IMG/VR virus record: IMGVR_UViG_2061766007_001878
DNA length: 9,808 nt
Strand: one strand, 5' to 3'
DNA from: an uncultured virus (IMG/VR IMGVR_UViG_2061766007_001878)
Lineage: Duplodnaviria > Heunggongvirae > Uroviricota > Caudoviricetes
Shown here: positions 7,068 through 9,808 of the stretch, piece by piece
Position numbering within the stretch: the first letter of the stretch is position 1
Layout: each line of letters opens with the position of its first letter
Notes under the pieces: generated by a model
The model's input: the letters and a program-made list of their open reading frames with translations, nothing else
The model's database searches: none
Told to the model about the DNA's origin: nothing
Program-made: the position numbers and the translations under genes

Positions 7068-7232
7068 TCAAATACCTAAATCGGGTCCAGTCATACCAAC
7101 CATTCTATTATATTTAATACCCTTTGTTTTTCCATATCCTATCTGCCCATGAGGTCCAGGTCTGATTCCGTTGCCCATCGTAACTGCACGCCAATAGGCT
7201 GGAGTCGGCTTGGACAGATAAGCAGGGGCACG
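7068..7232 (-). CDS. 3' fragment of an unknown gene (...RAPAYLSKPTPAYWRAVTMGNGIRPGPHGQIGYGKTKGIKYNRMVGMTGPDLGI), truncated by an N gap
   Basis: Open frame up to the gap, followed by a hairpin. The synonymous-only divergence of its duplicated end supports coding status. Confidence 0.65.
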   Translation of the reverse strand, partial: RAPAYLSKPTPAYWRAVTMGNGIRPGPHGQIGYGKTKGIKYNRMVGMTGPDLGI

Positions 7233-7243
7233 NNNNNNNNNNA

Positions 7244-7338
7244 CCAAAGAAATCAAAGGAGTAAAATATGGAATGCGACAATTCGTGTCATTTTGCGCTG
7301 TTTTACAATGATTTGAAGGATTTAAACATCCTTACAAG
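7244..7338. repeat. Inverted copy of window positions 1..95 (allelic contig scaffolded in the opposite orientation)
   Basis: 92/95 identical; starts immediately after the N gap. Confidence 0.85.
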
Positions 7339-8032
7339 AGGATATCGTGACGATGAAGAGGAATTTTTGAAACACGTCCAAGACCCTGTGTGTTCAAGTG
7401 ACGATGCGTTGAAACGGTATTTCCGAAACGCATTCTATTTTTCATTGCGCAGACAGACGATTTACAACAAAAGGGTCGATGCTTGTAATCGCCATGAAGA
7501 CGATTCTCCTGCGGCGAAATTACTTACCCTTGCCGTGAGAAGCACAAGGAATGATGATGTCGCTTTAAGCATAGCTGAAGAAATGGAATGCATTTTGAAC
7601 AGCGACGGGAGCGTTCATCCAGAAAGACTGGAACTTAATATGGACGTGACGGGTGAAGAAAAAGACTATAGAAGCGTCAATTGGGAATGTGAAAATGGAA
7701 TGGATGATGAAGCAAACGAAATGTGCAACAAGTTTGTTGAGACCGTGTTTGAAATGTCTCGCAAACAATGGAAGCATTCATGCGTCATTGACAGCCCTTA
7801 CAACAAGGATGATGCTCTTGACCAATGCTGTGGTCGATATTTTGCAGTATGTCTGATAGATGCTTCTTACTATTCGGAAGAAGAATTCTACGCTTGTGTC
7901 TTTTTAGACGGTGAAGCAGATTACGACAGCTTTGATGCTTTGCTTTCAAAAATCGAGCACAATGAAGTGGATGTGAGAAAGATTTGCAAATGGCAAGGAC
8001 TGGACTAAAATTAAAGGAGTAAAATATGGAAT
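7255..8032 (+). repeat. Identical 20-bp direct repeat AAAGGAGTAAAATATGGAAT at 7255..7274 and 8013..8032
   Basis: Covers the RBS, spacer, ATG and following bases of two consecutive, apparently unrelated genes. Confidence 0.8.
7268..8008 (+). CDS. Hypothetical acidic, Cys-rich protein, 246 aa
   Basis: Long ORF with strong RBS; the allelic copy at 1..71 differs only synonymously. No family recognised. Confidence 0.85.
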   Translation: MECDNSCHFALFYNDLKDLNILTRGYRDDEEEFLKHVQDPVCSSDDALKRYFRNAFYFSLRRQTIYNKRVDACNRHEDDSPAAKLLTLAVRSTRNDDVALSIAEEMECILNSDGSVHPERLELNMDVTGEEKDYRSVNWECENGMDDEANEMCNKFVETVFEMSRKQWKHSCVIDSPYNKDDALDQCCGRYFAVCLIDASYYSEEEFYACVFLDGEADYDSFDALLSKIEHNEVDVRKICKWQGLD

Positions 8033-8790
8033 TGGAAAATTGGTGGACTGCTGTTGAAGATTGGGACAGCATGACTGGAAAACAGAAAAAGTCGATAATT
8101 GTCTGGCTTGAAAATTATCTTGGAAAGGATTTTGCCAGACAGCTTGATATTGCGGACAACAACAAAAGGCTCAGTCTTTACAAAAATCCAGAAGACCATA
8201 TTGACATTTCCGAGATGAGCGAGCTTATCGAGATTCTTGCCTGTTACGACCCAATCAGAATTCGTACTCATTATGTGACCAAGGTGGATGCCCAGAGAAA
8301 ACTCTACATAGGGGTGGATGGAACGAAGTATCCCACGAAGGAGAGAAGGGATGAAGCCGACATGAAGATGAAGGAGATAATCCTTGAACTGACGGATGAA
8401 AAGGGATGGAAGAAGCTACGTGCAAAAAAAGATGAGGAAGAGAAGGCTCAATCTGATGCTGAATATCATATTAATTTGGTGAGGGAAAATGGTGAAGTAA
8501 CATTGAGCATATTGGATTCTTTGGAGGATGCCGTTGAAGAAGCAAAGAATCTGACTGGTTCTTACCTTATGGGCACTGTCAGAATGAGTCTTGATGAAGT
8601 CTGCGAAGAGGACAAACTTGACTGGACGAAGGAAAATATCATTGAGATTCCGAAGGCGAAGCTCATCGAGAGCAGGCTGAATGACGAATTCAGCATCCTT
8701 TGCAAAACAGTGAAGGATTCTCCTTTAGCGGAGAAGATTCTTAAAACAACGCAGAACAATGAATTCATTGATTTTTTGAGGACGGTATGA
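8026..8790 (+). CDS. Hypothetical protein, 254 aa; paralog of 75..902
   Basis: Strong RBS; the allelic copy of its 3' part (8845..9102) differs mostly synonymously; shares motifs with the 275-aa ORF. Confidence 0.85.
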   Translation: MELENWWTAVEDWDSMTGKQKKSIIVWLENYLGKDFARQLDIADNNKRLSLYKNPEDHIDISEMSELIEILACYDPIRIRTHYVTKVDAQRKLYIGVDGTKYPTKERRDEADMKMKEIILELTDEKGWKKLRAKKDEEEKAQSDAEYHINLVRENGEVTLSILDSLEDAVEEAKNLTGSYLMGTVRMSLDEVCEEDKLDWTKENIIEIPKAKLIESRLNDEFSILCKTVKDSPLAEKILKTTQNNEFIDFLRTV

Positions 8791-9146
8791 CAATTGGCAA
8801 ACAAGGAAATGCGATACAACCTCTGCACAAGCAANNNNNNNNNNATTGAAGAAGCAAAGAATCTGACTGGTTCTTACCTTATGGGAACTGTCAGAATGAG
8901 TCTTGATGAAGTCTGCGACGAGGACAAGCTTGATTGGACAAAAGAGAACGTCATCGAAATCTCGAAGGCGAAGCTCATCGAGAGCAGGCTGAATGACGAA
9001 TTCAGCATCCTTTACAAAACAGTGAAGGATTCTCCTTTGGCAGAAAAGATTCTTAAAACAACGCAGAACAATGAATTCATTGATTTTTTGAGGACAGTAT
9101 GACAATTGGCAAACAAGGAAATGCGATACAACCTCTGCACAAGCAA
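8533..9146. repeat. 302-bp direct duplication across an N gap (8533..8834 vs 8845..9146); probable strain-variant bubble
   Basis: 19 differing codons by manual count (14 synonymous, 5 non-synonymous); both copies abut the gap. Confidence 0.85.
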
Positions 9147-9460
9147 ATAAGCATTGAAATTCAGAAAAATGGGAAATTGGTCGAAATCACATGCGATGAG
9201 GGAATTGCTCCTTTGGTAAAGGAACTCAATGAAGCGGGATTTCAGACGAGTTTTTCTTGTCAAGGCGATGACGAGCATGTATCCTATGTCATGATAAGGA
9301 ATTCGCATCACAAGAACCTGATGCTTGCTAAAGACATTGTGGACAAGCATTTTGGCGGAGATGGAAAGGCGGTTACTCTTCATGTCAATTATGACGGGAG
9401 ATTTATATTCAGGGGATGGACGAAGGAACAGTTTGATAAGGACGCTTATTGCATGTCTTT
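9099..9460 (+). CDS. Hypothetical protein, 3'-truncated, with a D..IA.LV..LN..G..T..SC.G motif
   Basis: ATGA overlap with the previous stop. CDEGIAPLVKELNEAGFQTSFSCQG is reminiscent of the TYW3/Taw3 N-terminal motif. Confidence 0.7.
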
Positions 9461-9504
9461 NNNNNNNNNNNNNNNNNNNNNNNNNNNNNNNNNNNNNNNN
9501 NNNC

Positions 9505-9645
9505 CTTGAACAGCAGTGGAAGGACTACTATCTTGAGTACGCCTCCTATGTTGTCAAGGACAGGGCTATCCCAGACGTGGACGACGGCATGAAGCCTGTC
9601 CAGCGTCGCATCATGCACTGCATGCACGAAGTGGATGATGGCAGG
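9505..9645 (+). CDS. parC: N-terminal fragment of type IIA topoisomerase subunit A (ParC/GyrA), between two N gaps
   Basis: YLEYASYVVKDRAIPDVDDGMKPVQRRIMHCM contains the RA.P...DG.KPVQRRI signature; YASYV and DDGR match the same ParC subtype as the ParE-like gene. Confidence 0.85.
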
Positions 9646-9657
9646 NNNNNNNNNNCC

Positions 9658-9808
9658 GACCATTATTGCTCGCATTGCGGTCAGAATATCAAGGGCATTG
9701 CGGATGCTGGTGGCAATGATGACATCCGCGAAGAGAAATAAAGACGGTCTCTACATGCTGTGAAAAAGCCGAGGAATGAGTTGAATTCCTCGGTTTTTTG
9801 CTTTTATG
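9658..9808 (+). repeat. Inverted allelic copy of about 969..1117: 3' end of the zinc-ribbon gene (9658..9741) plus its terminator (9763..9799)
   Basis: DHYCSHCGQNIKGIADAGGNDDIREEK vs DKYCSHCGQNIEGIADAGGNNDIREEK; identical hairpin; 2-nt indel in the spacer. Confidence 0.85.

Larger units (their letters stand above)
4952..7100 (-). mobile_element. Endonuclease cassette bounded by 33-bp imperfect direct repeats (4952..4984 and 7068..7100)
   Basis: The repeats are 29/33 identical and both encode VGMTGPDLGI*. The interior is AT-rich and has its own hairpin, promoter-like motif and RBS. Confidence 0.65.

Noticed and set aside
4952..7100. Group I/II intron, intein or IS element
   Set aside because: The upstream gene has its own stop and the endonuclease its own RBS. 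There are no intein splice motifs, transposase or terminal inverted repeats, and the ~130-nt AT-rich spacer is too short for a ribozyme core.
7233..7256. Start of the 62-aa ORF 7068..7256 (MISL)
   Set aside because: It lies across the gap in an oppositely oriented contig; only 7068..7232 is credible.
1..7338. Invertible segment or terminal inverted repeats (1..95 vs 7244..7338; 969..1117 vs 9658..9808)
   Set aside because: The repeats start at gaps, are coding alleles with SNPs, and no recombinase is seen; scaffolding is the simpler explanation.
8533..9146. Real tandem gene duplication, or the 102-aa ORF at 8794..9102
   Set aside because: The ORF is a chimera across Ns; the duplication has the structure of an assembly bubble with mostly silent SNPs.
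9325..9741. 138-aa ORF as a ParC-zinc ribbon fusion
   Set aside because: Three unrelated pieces are joined in frame only through N gaps.

Overview
Fragmented, multi-allele scaffold with five N gaps (1694-1703, 7233-7242, 8835-8844, 9461-9503, 9646-9655), most likely from a large bacteriophage or phage-like element. That origin is inferred from gene content; no structural gene is visible. The minus strand reads: 3' end of an unknown gene, an AT-rich 661-aa putative homing endonuclease (Zn finger, 8 x 23-aa 'K/RYG' repeats, Zn ribbon, Vsr/DUF559-like nuclease, GNAT/Mom-like domain), a GT9-like glycosyltransferase, ribosomal protein bS21, a type IIA topoisomerase B subunit (ParE-like), two small hypothetical genes, a terminator and promoter, and a 275-aa hypothetical gene. 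The plus-strand block from 7243 is an inverted allelic continuation of the window's left end, carrying three hypothetical genes and an N-terminal ParC/GyrA fragment. The main observation is that the endonuclease gene is bracketed by a duplicated 3' end of the upstream gene: both ORFs end in VGMTGPDLGI*, and the two DNA copies differ only at synonymous positions. Also notable are a 20-bp RBS/start repeat flanking a gene wedged between two paralogs, and a shared 31-nt promoter motif.
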